Shown here: positions 39,297-53,279 of the stretch, piece by piece
Layout of the letters: each line of letters opens with the position of its first letter
Numbering within the stretch: the stretch's first letter is position 1
Translations under genes and position numbers: made by a program
Assembly (NCBI GenBank): GCA_040756235.1
Contig: JBFLZG010000062.1
Location: 1-64,000, forward strand
Source: a bacterium
GTDB lineage: Bacteria; Desulfobacterota; DSWW01
DNA length: 64,000 bases
Direction of reading: 5' to 3'
Notes under the pieces: model-generated
Told to the model about the DNA's origin: nothing
The model's input: only the letters and a program-made list of their open reading frames with translations
Database searches by the model: none

Positions 39297-39312
39297 TGGC
39301 ATCAACCTCGCA
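39297..39312 (+). promoter_or_regulatory. Sigma-54 promoter for the glycogen/glycolysis cluster
   Basis: TGGCATCAACCTCGCA (GG-N10-GC); near-identical copy at 63356. Confidence 0.65.
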
Positions 39313-39362
39313 AAAGACTGAATCAATGCGTGATCTCCCTAAAGGCAGAATGAAGGCTTGCC

Positions 39363-39899
39363 ATGATCGACGCACGACATTTCAGGGCGAACGACAGACT
39401 CAAAGACGGAACCCCCGTGACCATCCGGGCCGTCCGTCCTGACGACAAAACTCGCATTTCGGCAGCCTTCAGGAATCTCCAGCCGGAATCACTCTACACA
39501 CGCTTCTTTCTTCACCGTACGAACGAGCTCACCGGTGAGGAGCTCAGGGAGGTCACGGAAGTTGACTTCGACAACATCGTGGCGCTCGTGGTAACGGTTG
39601 CGACGGGCGGGGGAGAGGAGACCATCATCGGTGCGGGGCGATATGCTCGCTGCGCCTCACCCGGCGCAGAAATCGCCTTTATCGTCGAGGAGGATTACCA
39701 GGGCCAGGGAATCGCAAGCCGGATCTTCGGACACCTCGTCCGCATCGCTCGGGAGAAAGGTGTGTCCCGGTTCGAGGCGGAGGTGTTTGCAGGCAACAGG
39801 GCGATGCTCGCCGTGTTCGAGCGAAGCGGCCTTGCGTTGAGGAAATCGCTGGAAGAGGGTGTGGTGCACGTTTCCATTTCTCTCTCGGCCCCAGCTTGA
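39363..39899 (+). CDS. Stand-alone GNAT acetyltransferase resembling the GNAT domain of Pat-type protein acetyltransferases
   Basis: LKDGTPVTIR, SLYTRFF, AEIAFIV..YQGQGIA and N.AML.VF. Confidence 0.85.
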   Translation: MIDARHFRANDRLKDGTPVTIRAVRPDDKTRISAAFRNLQPESLYTRFFLHRTNELTGEELREVTEVDFDNIVALVVTVATGGGEETIIGAGRYARCASPGAEIAFIVEEDYQGQGIASRIFGHLVRIAREKGVSRFEAEVFAGNRAMLAVFERSGLALRKSLEEGVVHVSISLSAPA

Positions 39900-39968
39900 A
39901 CGGCGAGCCCGACCGTCTCCTGGTAGGAACCCGGCTGGAATCTCTGCCGTACCCGGATGAGGACACGG

Positions 39969-41438
39969 ATGAAACTGCCACTCCACAAGACCAAGATCGT
40001 GTGCACCATAGGGCCGGCGTCGAGCTCCCGTGACGTGATGGAAAAGCTGATGACAGCCGGCATGAACGTGGCCCGACTCAATTTCTCCCACGGGGAGTTC
40101 TCGGGCCACAGGAAGGTGATCGAGGATCTCCGCGCCGCGGCCAAAGCCACCGGACGCCGCCTCGCCATCATGGCGGACTTGCCCGGTCCGAAGATGCGCA
40201 TCGGGAGCTTCGATTCTGAACCGATCGGACTCAGACCGGGCGCTCTATTCGCGCTCACCGCCGATGACGTAGTTGGCGATGCGCACAGGGTCTCGGTTAC
40301 ATTTGCCCGGCTTCCCGAAGTCGTGACACCCGGCGACACCCTCTATCTGAACGATGGTTTCATCCAGCTGCAGGTGGAGGAGATCCGGGGCAGGGAGGTC
40401 CGCTGCCGCGTCATCGTGGGCGGGGAGCTCCGCTCGCGCAAGGGGCTCAACCTGCCGGGTATCGACCTCGGCATCCGCGCCTTCACCGAGCACGATCACG
40501 AGTGCATGAAATTCGCTCTGGAGAATGGCGTCGATGCGGTGAGTCAGTCATTCGTCGAGAGCTCGGCGGACGTACAGGCGGTGCGCGATGCGGCGAGGTC
40601 TCTCGGGTATCGTCCGTTCGTCATCGCCAAGATCGAACGCTCGCGGGCGCTTACCTGCCTGGAGGAGATCATGACCGCGGCGGACGGCGTCATGATCGCC
40701 CGCGGAGACCTCGGCGTGGAGCTCCCGGTCGAGCAGATTCCGGTGGTGCAAAAGCAGATCATGCACCAGGCGAACCTGCGCGCCAAGCCGGTGATCACGG
40801 CAACGCAGATGCTGGAATCGATGACCGCCAACCGGCGTCCCACCCGTGCCGAGGCGACCGACGTGGCCACTGCCATCCTCGACGGGACGGACTGCATCAT
40901 GCTTTCCGGTGAGTCGGCCATGGGCAGCTATCCGGTCGATGCGGCCGCGATGCTCGGCAAGATCGCCGCGGCCGTCGAGCCGTACCGCGCCATGGTCAAT
41001 CCCAGTGAGCTCTTCAGAGGGATCGATCTCAAGGGCAGGGTGGCCCCTTCGAAGCTGATCGATCTGAGCGTGGAGACGGTCTTCCAGTACGCCGACCCGG
41101 CCGCCGTATTCGTCCCCACCCACAGCGGAAACAGCGCGAGGAGCATCGCCCGCTTGCGCATCCCGGCCTGGATCATCGCCGTCAGCTCGGACGAAGCCAC
41201 GTGCCAGCAATTGCAGTTCTCCTCGGGCGTGTACCCGGTCTGTGAGGCGGAGCACCCTCAGAACTGGAAGAGCTACGTGTCGGAATGGCTTCGGAATCAC
41301 GGCATGCAAGGGAAGCTGGCGGCAGTGACCGAAGGCCCTTCGCGCCGGTATCCGGAGGCCAACCACAGGCTGGAGATTGTGGAGATGTCTCAGCCCTTGG
41401 AGTCCAGTGGAAATGATGCTGGCCGGAGACACGGGTAG
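39969..41438 (+). CDS. pyk: Pyruvate kinase
   Basis: KTKIVCTIGP, RLNFSHG, IARGDLGVE, TATQMLESM and MLSGESA. Confidence 0.95.
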   Translation: MKLPLHKTKIVCTIGPASSSRDVMEKLMTAGMNVARLNFSHGEFSGHRKVIEDLRAAAKATGRRLAIMADLPGPKMRIGSFDSEPIGLRPGALFALTADDVVGDAHRVSVTFARLPEVVTPGDTLYLNDGFIQLQVEEIRGREVRCRVIVGGELRSRKGLNLPGIDLGIRAFTEHDHECMKFALENGVDAVSQSFVESSADVQAVRDAARSLGYRPFVIAKIERSRALTCLEEIMTAADGVMIARGDLGVELPVEQIPVVQKQIMHQANLRAKPVITATQMLESMTANRRPTRAEATDVATAILDGTDCIMLSGESAMGSYPVDAAAMLGKIAAAVEPYRAMVNPSELFRGIDLKGRVAPSKLIDLSVETVFQYADPAAVFVPTHSGNSARSIARLRIPAWIIAVSSDEATCQQLQFSSGVYPVCEAEHPQNWKSYVSEWLRNHGMQGKLAAVTEGPSRRYPEANHRLEIVEMSQPLESSGNDAGRRHG

Positions 41439-41519
41439 AAGCAAGGCGGGGCTCAGGCCGAGGTCATCGTCCGGACAGAAATTGAGGATGAGCGATCAAG
41501 AGCCATAGGAGGCAATAGC

Positions 41520-41906
41520 ATGCCGGTCGAAATCCGTAAGGAAGGCCCACGACTGCTGGTGGTTCGGATCAGCGGCGTACTGCGCCGAGCGGAGCTCGAG
41601 GAATGCCAGCAAGAGGCGGGGAAGATGATCGAGGAGGTCGGGAAGATCGCCGCTCTGCTCCTGCTCGAAGGGTTCCAGGGCTGGGAGCTCAGAGAAGACT
41701 GGGGTGACGTGAGCTTTCTGGTCGAGCACGACAGCGACATCGAGAAGATTGCGATCGTAGGGCCTGAAAGATGGCGGGACGAAGTCCTCATCTTTGCGGG
41801 CGCAGGACTGTGGCGGCGCTCCATGAGGTACTTCAATGAGACCGAAAGCGCGCGATCCTGGCTTGCTGGGGGGTCGTCATCGTATGGTGAGGTGTTGAGC
41901 CAGTAA
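41520..41906 (+). CDS. SpoIIAA-like (STAS/SEC14) domain protein
   Basis: FQGWE...D..F..EH..IEKIAIVG...W...YF...ARSWL; GGAGG RBS. Confidence 0.75.
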   Translation: MPVEIRKEGPRLLVVRISGVLRRAELEECQQEAGKMIEEVGKIAALLLLEGFQGWELREDWGDVSFLVEHDSDIEKIAIVGPERWRDEVLIFAGAGLWRRSMRYFNETESARSWLAGGSSSYGEVLSQ

Positions 41907-41926
41907 CAGGAAAGGAGAGACGGAAC

Positions 41927-42961
<1,035 letters not shown>

Positions 42962-42976
42962 CACCGGGAGAGTCTG

Positions 42977-45577
42977 ATGACCGAGAAGATCGAGAGCGAA
43001 AGGGAAGAGCAGGCGCACAAGGGGCCAGCGCCGAAGGGAGCCCGCACGCGCAGAGAAATGCCTGAATTAGGGCGGGAGTTTCTGCGTCATCTCTTCTACA
43101 CCCAGGGGAGGGTTCTGGAAACGGCAACGTTGAACGATCTCTCGATGGCTCTCTCCTACGCGGTCCGGAACCGGCTCCTCGAGCGGTGGCTGCACACGAT
43201 CGAACAGTACCGGGAGCCGGGTGTTCGGATCGTGAGTTACCTGTCTGCAGAATTTCTGATGGGGCCCCAGCTCGAGAACAATCTGATCAACCTGGGGGCC
43301 TATGACGAGGCGCGCAGCGTCCTGCAGGATTTCAACCTGGACCTCAGGAAGATCATCGACCAGGAGGAAGAGCCCGGGCTGGGAAACGGAGGTCTGGGGA
43401 GGCTGGCGGCATGTTATCTGGACAGCCTTGCCACCCTCGAGATTCCTGCAGTCGGCTACGGAATTCGATACGAGTTCGGGATCTTCGATCAGGTCATCCG
43501 GGACGGCTGGCAGGTAGAGGTCAGCGATGAATGGCTGCGACTGGGCAACCCCTGGGAGATCCACCGGCCGGAGGTCGCCTACCACGTGAAATGGGGCGGA
43601 CGTACCGAAGCGTATCGCGATGAGGAGGGACGCTACCGGGTGCGCTGGATCCCCGGCCAGGAGGTGAAGGGGACGGCCTATGACACCCCGGTCGTCGGGT
43701 ACCGGGTGAACACCTGCAATACCCTGCGCCTGTGGAAGGCCGAGGCTGTCAAGTCCTTCGACTTCGAGGACTTCAACGTGGGGAACTACTACGGTGCGGT
43801 GAACGAGAAGGTCATCTCCGAGACGATCACGAAGGTGCTGTATCCGAACGATGAGCCGGAGGTCGGCAAGAGGCTGCGGCTCGCACAGCAGTACTTCTTT
43901 GTCTCCTGCTCTCTCCAGGATATGTTGCGGCTCCACCGTCTGACGGGAGGGAAGCCGGAGACGTTCCACGAGAAGTTCGCGATACAGCTCAATGACACGC
44001 ATCCTTCCATCGCGGTGGCCGAGCTGATGAGACTACTGGTGGACGAATGCGGGGTCGAATGGGAAGCGGCCTGGCGCATCACGCGGAGCGCGTGCGGATA
44101 CACGAACCACACGCTCCTTCCGGAGGCGTTGGAGAAATGGCCGCTGTCGCTGTTCGGAAGCCTTCTACCGAGGCACCTGGAAATCCTCTACGAGATCAAC
44201 CATCGCTTTCTGGACGAAGTGCGCGCGAGATACCCTGGAGACAGTGCGCGCTGCCGCCGTCTGTCCCTGATCGATGAAAGCGGCGAGCGTTACGTGCGCA
44301 TGGCCCACCTGGCCAGCCTGGGCAGCCACGCGATCAACGGCGTGGCGGAGCTGCACAGCGAGCTGCTGAAGGCGGACGTGCTGCGCGACTTCTACGAATG
44401 GATGCCGGAAAGGTTCACCAATGTGACCAATGGAGTGACGCCGCGGCGTTTCGTGGTGGTAAGCAATCCCAAGCTGAGCCGCCTCATCAGCAGCAGGATC
44501 GGAGACGGATGGATGAGGAATCTCGGAGAGCTGAGAGGTCTGGAATCCGCTGCCGAGGACCCCGGCTTCCGGAGGGAGTGGAGGAGGATCAAGAAGGAAA
44601 ACAAACAGGAGCTGGCGGCTTTGATTCATGAGCGCACCGGGATCGCCGTCGAGGTGGACTCCCTGTTCGACATCCAGGTGAAGAGGCTTCATGAATACAA
44701 GCGCCAGCACCTGAACGTCCTGCACATCATCACGCTCTACAATCGCCTGAAGCGCGACCCCAAGACACGTGTGACCCCGCGCACCTTCATCTTCGGCGGA
44801 AAGGCCGCTCCGGGCTACTTCATGGCCAAGCTGATCATCCGGCTGATCAACGGGGTGGCAGAGGTCATCAACAGCGATGCCGATGTGGCGAACCGGCTGA
44901 AGGTGGTCTTCTTCCCTGATTTCAACGTGAAGAACGCCAGGTACATCTATCCTGCCGCCGAGCTCTCGGAGCAGATCTCCACGGCAGGCAAGGAGGCGTC
45001 CGGGACAGGAAACATGAAATTCTCGCTCAACGGGGCCCTGACGATCGGAACGCTGGACGGCGCCAACGTCGAGATCCGGGAAGAGGTCGGAGCCGACAAT
45101 TTCTTTCTGTTCGGTCTGACCGCACAGGAGGTCGGCGAGCTGAAGGCCCGCGGCTACAACCCGCGAGAGTACCACGAGGCCGATCCGGAGCTGCGGGAGG
45201 CCGTGGACCGGATCTCTTCCGGAGTCTTCTCCCGGGGAGAACGGGAGCTGTTCCGACCGCTGGTCGGTTCTCTGCTGGTCCACGATCCCTATCTCCTGTG
45301 TGCGGACTATCGTTCCTACGTCGAAAGCCAGGAGCGGGTGAGCGGGACGTACCAGGATGAAGCCCGATGGTCGCGGATGTCGATCCTCAATGTGGCCAGA
45401 ATGGGAAAGTTTTCCTCCGACCGTTCGATTCAGGAGTACTGCGACAAGGTCTGGAACGCCCGTCCGGTCACGGTGAACCTCGGGAAGTACACGATCGGAG
45501 AGGATGCCGTTCTGCTGACCGGTCGCAAGGAAGAAAGTCGATCCTGCGGGTCGGAGGCTCCGAATGGAGGCGCGTAG
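42977..45577 (+). CDS. glgP: Glycogen/starch phosphorylase
   Basis: GLGNGGLGRL, QLNDTHP, KRLHEYKRQ and EASGTGNMK. Confidence 0.96.
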   Translation: MTEKIESEREEQAHKGPAPKGARTRREMPELGREFLRHLFYTQGRVLETATLNDLSMALSYAVRNRLLERWLHTIEQYREPGVRIVSYLSAEFLMGPQLENNLINLGAYDEARSVLQDFNLDLRKIIDQEEEPGLGNGGLGRLAACYLDSLATLEIPAVGYGIRYEFGIFDQVIRDGWQVEVSDEWLRLGNPWEIHRPEVAYHVKWGGRTEAYRDEEGRYRVRWIPGQEVKGTAYDTPVVGYRVNTCNTLRLWKAEAVKSFDFEDFNVGNYYGAVNEKVISETITKVLYPNDEPEVGKRLRLAQQYFFVSCSLQDMLRLHRLTGGKPETFHEKFAIQLNDTHPSIAVAELMRLLVDECGVEWEAAWRITRSACGYTNHTLLPEALEKWPLSLFGSLLPRHLEILYEINHRFLDEVRARYPGDSARCRRLSLIDESGERYVRMAHLASLGSHAINGVAELHSELLKADVLRDFYEWMPERFTNVTNGVTPRRFVVVSNPKLSRLISSRIGDGWMRNLGELRGLESAAEDPGFRREWRRIKKENKQELAALIHERTGIAVEVDSLFDIQVKRLHEYKRQHLNVLHIITLYNRLKRDPKTRVTPRTFIFGGKAAPGYFMAKLIIRLINGVAEVINSDADVANRLKVVFFPDFNVKNARYIYPAAELSEQISTAGKEASGTGNMKFSLNGALTIGTLDGANVEIREEVGADNFFLFGLTAQEVGELKARGYNPREYHEADPELREAVDRISSGVFSRGERELFRPLVGSLLVHDPYLLCADYRSYVESQERVSGTYQDEARWSRMSILNVARMGKFSSDRSIQEYCDKVWNARPVTVNLGKYTIGEDAVLLTGRKEESRSCGSEAPNGGA

Positions 45578-45631
45578 TCGGATCTCTCCCCTGAGGCGAG
45601 CAGACCGAACCCGTGTCGTGTGAGGAAAGCC

Positions 45632-46795
45632 ATGGTTTCCGAACGTGCGAACCAGATCGAGCGGTTTATGGTGGTGTCGGTCATTGCACTTCTTCTGCTC
45701 GGAGCGATCGTGATGGTTCTGCCTTTCCTGCGGGCCATCCTCTGGGCGGTCGTGTTCTCCGTGACCATGTGGCCTCTGTTCCTGAGGATGGAAAAGGCCA
45801 TGAACGGGAAAACCAAGCTGGCGGCGACGGTTGCTACCCTGCTCATCGCGCTCATGCTCTTCATACCCATGGCTTATGTCGGCAGCAAGCTTTTCGCTCA
45901 GACGTCGAACGCCCTGGACTATGCGGAAAAGGTGGTGCACGAGGGCCTGGGGCAACCGCCTGTCTGGATCAAGGATTTTCCGTGGATTGGGGATCGACTT
46001 GTGGGGATCTGGCAGTCTGCCGAGCAGGACACCGCGAGACTGATCGAGGTGGCCAAGCCCCATATCCGAACGGTTGCAGGGTCTGTCCTGAGTGCGGGGG
46101 CCGGGATGGCCCGGTTCGCTCTGACGTCCATCCTGGGTCTGATACTTCTGTTCTTCTTGCTCAAGGAAGGGCGCTCGGTCCGGGCGAGCCTGGAAAGAAT
46201 GGCCCTGCGCCTGGGCGGAGAAAATGCAGTCCATCTTCTCGTCGTTGCCGGGTCCACGATGCGGTCCGTGGTGTACGGGATCCTCGGGGCGGCCATGATC
46301 CAGGGAGTCCTGGCAATCGTCGGTCTGTGGATATCCGGGGTTCCGCGCGCCGTCTTCATCGGGACACTGGCAGGGTTTCTCGCCCTCATCCCGATCGGCG
46401 TGATTCAGCTGGTCCTGTTGCCCGCCGCAGGGTGGCTCTTCTACCAGGGACAGACCGGATGGGGGATTTTTCTGTTGATCTGGTCCGTCGCCGTCGTCGG
46501 CCAAGTGGACAACGTGATTCGGCCCATGTTGATCAGCAGGGGCGCCAAGATTCCCTTTCTGGTGGTGCTGCTCGGCGTGCTCGGCGGACTTGCCTTCGGG
46601 GGAATCATCGGCCTGTTCGTCGGGGCGACACTTCTCGCGGTGGTCTACACCATGATGAAGGAATGGTCGATCGAGTCGGAGCAAGATCGGAGTGCCGGCC
46701 GGCGCGGGGCGGGTGTACCGGGCGAAGACGAGGAAAAGGCCATCGCGGACTCCACGGCTGATGTCGGAGCCGCCTATCAGGAAGGCCGGGCGTAA
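45632..46795 (+). CDS. AI-2E (YdiK-like) family membrane transporter
   Basis: Polytopic; DNVIRP and GGLAFGGIIGLFVG. Confidence 0.85.
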   Translation: MVSERANQIERFMVVSVIALLLLGAIVMVLPFLRAILWAVVFSVTMWPLFLRMEKAMNGKTKLAATVATLLIALMLFIPMAYVGSKLFAQTSNALDYAEKVVHEGLGQPPVWIKDFPWIGDRLVGIWQSAEQDTARLIEVAKPHIRTVAGSVLSAGAGMARFALTSILGLILLFFLLKEGRSVRASLERMALRLGGENAVHLLVVAGSTMRSVVYGILGAAMIQGVLAIVGLWISGVPRAVFIGTLAGFLALIPIGVIQLVLLPAAGWLFYQGQTGWGIFLLIWSVAVVGQVDNVIRPMLISRGAKIPFLVVLLGVLGGLAFGGIIGLFVGATLLAVVYTMMKEWSIESEQDRSAGRRGAGVPGEDEEKAIADSTADVGAAYQEGRA

Positions 46796-46825
46796 CGGGG
46801 AACCAGACTACGGACGAGGGAACCC

Positions 46826-50214
<3,389 letters not shown>

Positions 50215-50233
50215 AGATCGAGGGAGCGTTGCC

Positions 50234-50983
50234 GTGCACAAGATCGTTCTGCTGAGACATGGGGAAAGCACCTGGAACAAGGAAAACCTTTTCACGGGCT
50301 GGACGGACGTGGACCTTTCAGAGAAAGGCGTCGAAGAGGCCCGGGAAGCAGGTCGCGTTCTCAAGGAGCTGGGGTATGGCTTCGATGTCGCCTTCACCTC
50401 TGTCTTGAAACGAGCGATACGTACCCTCTGGATCGTCCTGGACGAGCTGGACCTCATGTGGATACCCGTGATCCGGGACTGGCGCCTGAACGAGCGGCAT
50501 TACGGCGCTCTGCAGGGTCTCAACAAGGCTCAGACGGCCGAGAAGTTCGGCGAGCCACAGGTCAAGGTGTGGCGCCGGAGCTATGATGTCCGCCCTCCGC
50601 CTCTGGAGGAGGCCGATCCTCGGAATCCCGCGAGGGACCCGCGCTACAAGGAGCTGGAGAAGGACGAGATTCCGCTCACGGAGTGCCTCAAGGACACGGT
50701 GGAACGCTTTCTGCCGTGCTGGCACGAGGTGATCGCGCCCGCGGTCCGCTCCGGAAAACGAGTCCTTCTCGCGGCCCACGGAAACAGCCTGCGGGCCCTG
50801 GTGAAGTACCTGGATGACATTCCTGACAATGTGATCCCCGAAGTCAACATTCCAACGGGGATGCCGCTGGTCTACGAGTTGAAGGACGATCTGAAGCCGG
50901 TACGGAGCTACTATCTGGGTGAGCCCGAGAAAGTGAAGAAGGCCATGGAAGCGGTGGCAAGCCAGGCCAAGGTCAAGAAGTAA
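50234..50983 (+). CDS. gpmA: 2,3-BPG-dependent phosphoglycerate mutase
   Basis: LLRHGES, LNERHYG and AHGNSLR. GTG 50234 after GGGAG. Confidence 0.95.
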   Translation: MHKIVLLRHGESTWNKENLFTGWTDVDLSEKGVEEAREAGRVLKELGYGFDVAFTSVLKRAIRTLWIVLDELDLMWIPVIRDWRLNERHYGALQGLNKAQTAEKFGEPQVKVWRRSYDVRPPPLEEADPRNPARDPRYKELEKDEIPLTECLKDTVERFLPCWHEVIAPAVRSGKRVLLAAHGNSLRALVKYLDDIPDNVIPEVNIPTGMPLVYELKDDLKPVRSYYLGEPEKVKKAMEAVASQAKVKK

Positions 50984-51015
50984 GACCGCCACGGTTCTTC
51001 GGGGAGGAGACAGAT

Positions 51016-51459
51016 ATGAAGATACTGAGTACACCGCGCATGGAGCGGTGTATCGGTTGTCACTCCTGTTCCCTGGCTTGTGCCCGTCTGGTGTACAAGC
51101 ACCTTTCCTGGGATACGGCGGGCATCCGCATCCGGTCAACGGGCGGGCTTTCGACAGGCTTCGAAGCCAAGCCCTGCCTTGCCTGCGATCCGGCGCCTTG
51201 CGCCGAAGCATGCCCGACGGGTGCCTACTCGCAACGAAGAGGAGGTGGAGTTCTGGTGAGGAAAAAGCTGTGCATTCGTTGCGGGGCCTGTGCCCGTGCC
51301 TGCCCGGTCGACGCCATCTACCTGGACCCGTCCGGGGACCCCTTCGTGTGCGTTCACTGCGGGCGCTGTGTGGAATTCTGTCCCCATGACTGCCTGGAGA
51401 TGGTGGAAGTTCCGGCTGTTCCGACACCGGATGAAAGTGGAAGGGAGGTGGCGCCATGA
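51016..51459 (+). CDS. Multi-[4Fe-4S] ferredoxin-like small subunit (putative GOR small subunit)
   Basis: Four Cys clusters (CIGCHSC, CLAC..PC..CP, CIRCGAC..CP, CVHCGRC..CP). ATGA overlap with the next gene. Confidence 0.88.
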   Translation: MKILSTPRMERCIGCHSCSLACARLVYKHLSWDTAGIRIRSTGGLSTGFEAKPCLACDPAPCAEACPTGAYSQRRGGGVLVRKKLCIRCGACARACPVDAIYLDPSGDPFVCVHCGRCVEFCPHDCLEMVEVPAVPTPDESGREVAP

Positions 51460-53258
51460 TCCGGGACCATTTCCGAGTTCTCAAGGTCGACCTTGCCACC
51501 GGCCGGGGCCAAATCGAAGAGATCGACGGCCGCAACACCTGCGCGGGGGGAAGCGGCCTCGCGGCGCTCCTGTTCGGCCGCGCCGGCCTTCCCGACCGGA
51601 CCTGGGAAGATCCGGAGCAGCCGTTGATCTTCGCCGTCGGTCCCCTCACGGGGTACTTTCCGTTGATGAGCAAGACGGTCTGCGCCTTCAAATCGCCTTA
51701 CCACGATCAGTATGCCGAGAGCCACGGCGGGGGACGGTCGGCCCTGGCGCTGCGGTTCGCCGACCTGGACGCCCTGGTGATTACCGGGAAGGCCAGGCGC
51801 CCGAGCTGTGTGGTGGTGGGGTCCCGCACGCTGGAAGTGAAAGACGTGCACTATCTCTGGGGAAAGAGCGTCCAGAGGACCGGGCAAATACTGCGCCGAA
51901 TGATGGGCGGGTCCGGGCACCGAAGCATTCTTCGGATCGGACCGGCGGGCGAGAACCGGTCGGCCATGGCCTGCATCAACGCGGATACGTACCGCCATTT
52001 CGGCCGCCTGGGAGGCGGCGCGGTCATGGGCGTGAAAAACGTCAAAGCCATCGTAATCCTGGGTGACGGGTCCTTCGATCTGCCCGGCGGCAAGGAGTAT
52101 GTCCCGCTCTTCCGGCAGATCTACGGGCAGCTCACCGAAACGAACATGATGGACAAGTACCACAACCTGGGCACCCCCATCAACGTGGCGGTGCTGAACG
52201 CCATCCAGGCGTTGCCCTGTCGCAATCTCCAGAAGACCAGCGACGAGGCCATCTCCGGCATCACGGGGGAGACCTTTGCGGATCGAGCTCTCCTGCGCAA
52301 CACCGCCTGCGCCGGATGCCCGGTGGGGTGCATCCACCTGGGGTTCGTGCGCGAAAAGTTCAGTGAACCGAACCAGTATCTCTACCGGCAGGTTTCCTAC
52401 GACCATGAGCCTATCTTTGCCATGGGCTCGATGCTGGGGGTCGAGGACGCCTTCCAGGTCCTGACCCTGTTGGAAGTCGCGGAAAAGATGGGACTGGACG
52501 TGATGTCCGCCGGAGTGGCGCTGGCCTGGGCTACGGAGGCATTTGAAAAGGGCCTTCTTCCGGAAAAGGAGACGCTGGTCCCTCTCCAATTCGGCGATGC
52601 CGGGGCCTATTGCCAGGCGGTGAAACACCTGGGAGAAGGAGCCAACGATTTCTATCGCCTGTTGGGCCGGGGGACGCTCAAGGCAGCGGAGAAGTACGGA
52701 GGCGCAGACTTCGCCTGCGTCCTGGGCCAGGAGATGGGGGGGTATGCGACCGGGGAGGTGTTCTTCATCTCCCAGGCGCTGGGGCTGCGCCACTCTCACC
52801 TGGATGCCGGAGGGTACTCGTACGATCAGAAGGTCCGTCCCGTAGATGTAACGGCGCTCGCCGAGTCTGCCCAGGTGAAAGATGGGGCCAAGGCCGTGGA
52901 GTTCCTGGTTCAGGACGAGAGGGCCCGGGTGTTTCTCACATCCATGGTCTCCTGTCTCTTCGCCCGGGAAGTTTACAAAGAGACCGTGCTGGCTGATTGC
53001 CTGAGCGCCGTAGGGTACCGGAAGCTGGCGGAAGACGTGGACTGCGTCTCACGTGCGATCCAGAAGATGCGCTGGCAGGTCCGGGTGAGAACCGGGTTCG
53101 ACCCCGGATCCGTGAAGATTCCGGAGCGGTTCAAGCAGGTTGTTACCTGGAAGGGCCCCCTGGATGCGAATTACCTGGATTCTCTGCAGAAGACATACGC
53201 CCAAACGATCCTGGAGATGGCGAAATCCGAGGAAAGCAGTTCTCCTCAAACGGGCTGA
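51456..53258 (+). CDS. AOR-family W/Mo oxidoreductase, putative glyceraldehyde-3-phosphate:ferredoxin oxidoreductase large subunit
   Basis: KSPY..ESHGGG, GRLGGGAVMG, CAGCPVGC, DHEP in place of EYET, and GLDVMSAG. Substrate is inferred from context only. Confidence 0.8.
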   Translation: MIRDHFRVLKVDLATGRGQIEEIDGRNTCAGGSGLAALLFGRAGLPDRTWEDPEQPLIFAVGPLTGYFPLMSKTVCAFKSPYHDQYAESHGGGRSALALRFADLDALVITGKARRPSCVVVGSRTLEVKDVHYLWGKSVQRTGQILRRMMGGSGHRSILRIGPAGENRSAMACINADTYRHFGRLGGGAVMGVKNVKAIVILGDGSFDLPGGKEYVPLFRQIYGQLTETNMMDKYHNLGTPINVAVLNAIQALPCRNLQKTSDEAISGITGETFADRALLRNTACAGCPVGCIHLGFVREKFSEPNQYLYRQVSYDHEPIFAMGSMLGVEDAFQVLTLLEVAEKMGLDVMSAGVALAWATEAFEKGLLPEKETLVPLQFGDAGAYCQAVKHLGEGANDFYRLLGRGTLKAAEKYGGADFACVLGQEMGGYATGEVFFISQALGLRHSHLDAGGYSYDQKVRPVDVTALAESAQVKDGAKAVEFLVQDERARVFLTSMVSCLFAREVYKETVLADCLSAVGYRKLAEDVDCVSRAIQKMRWQVRVRTGFDPGSVKIPERFKQVVTWKGPLDANYLDSLQKTYAQTILEMAKSEESSSPQTG

Positions 53259-53279
53259 AAGGGTAGCAGGAGGATGGTC

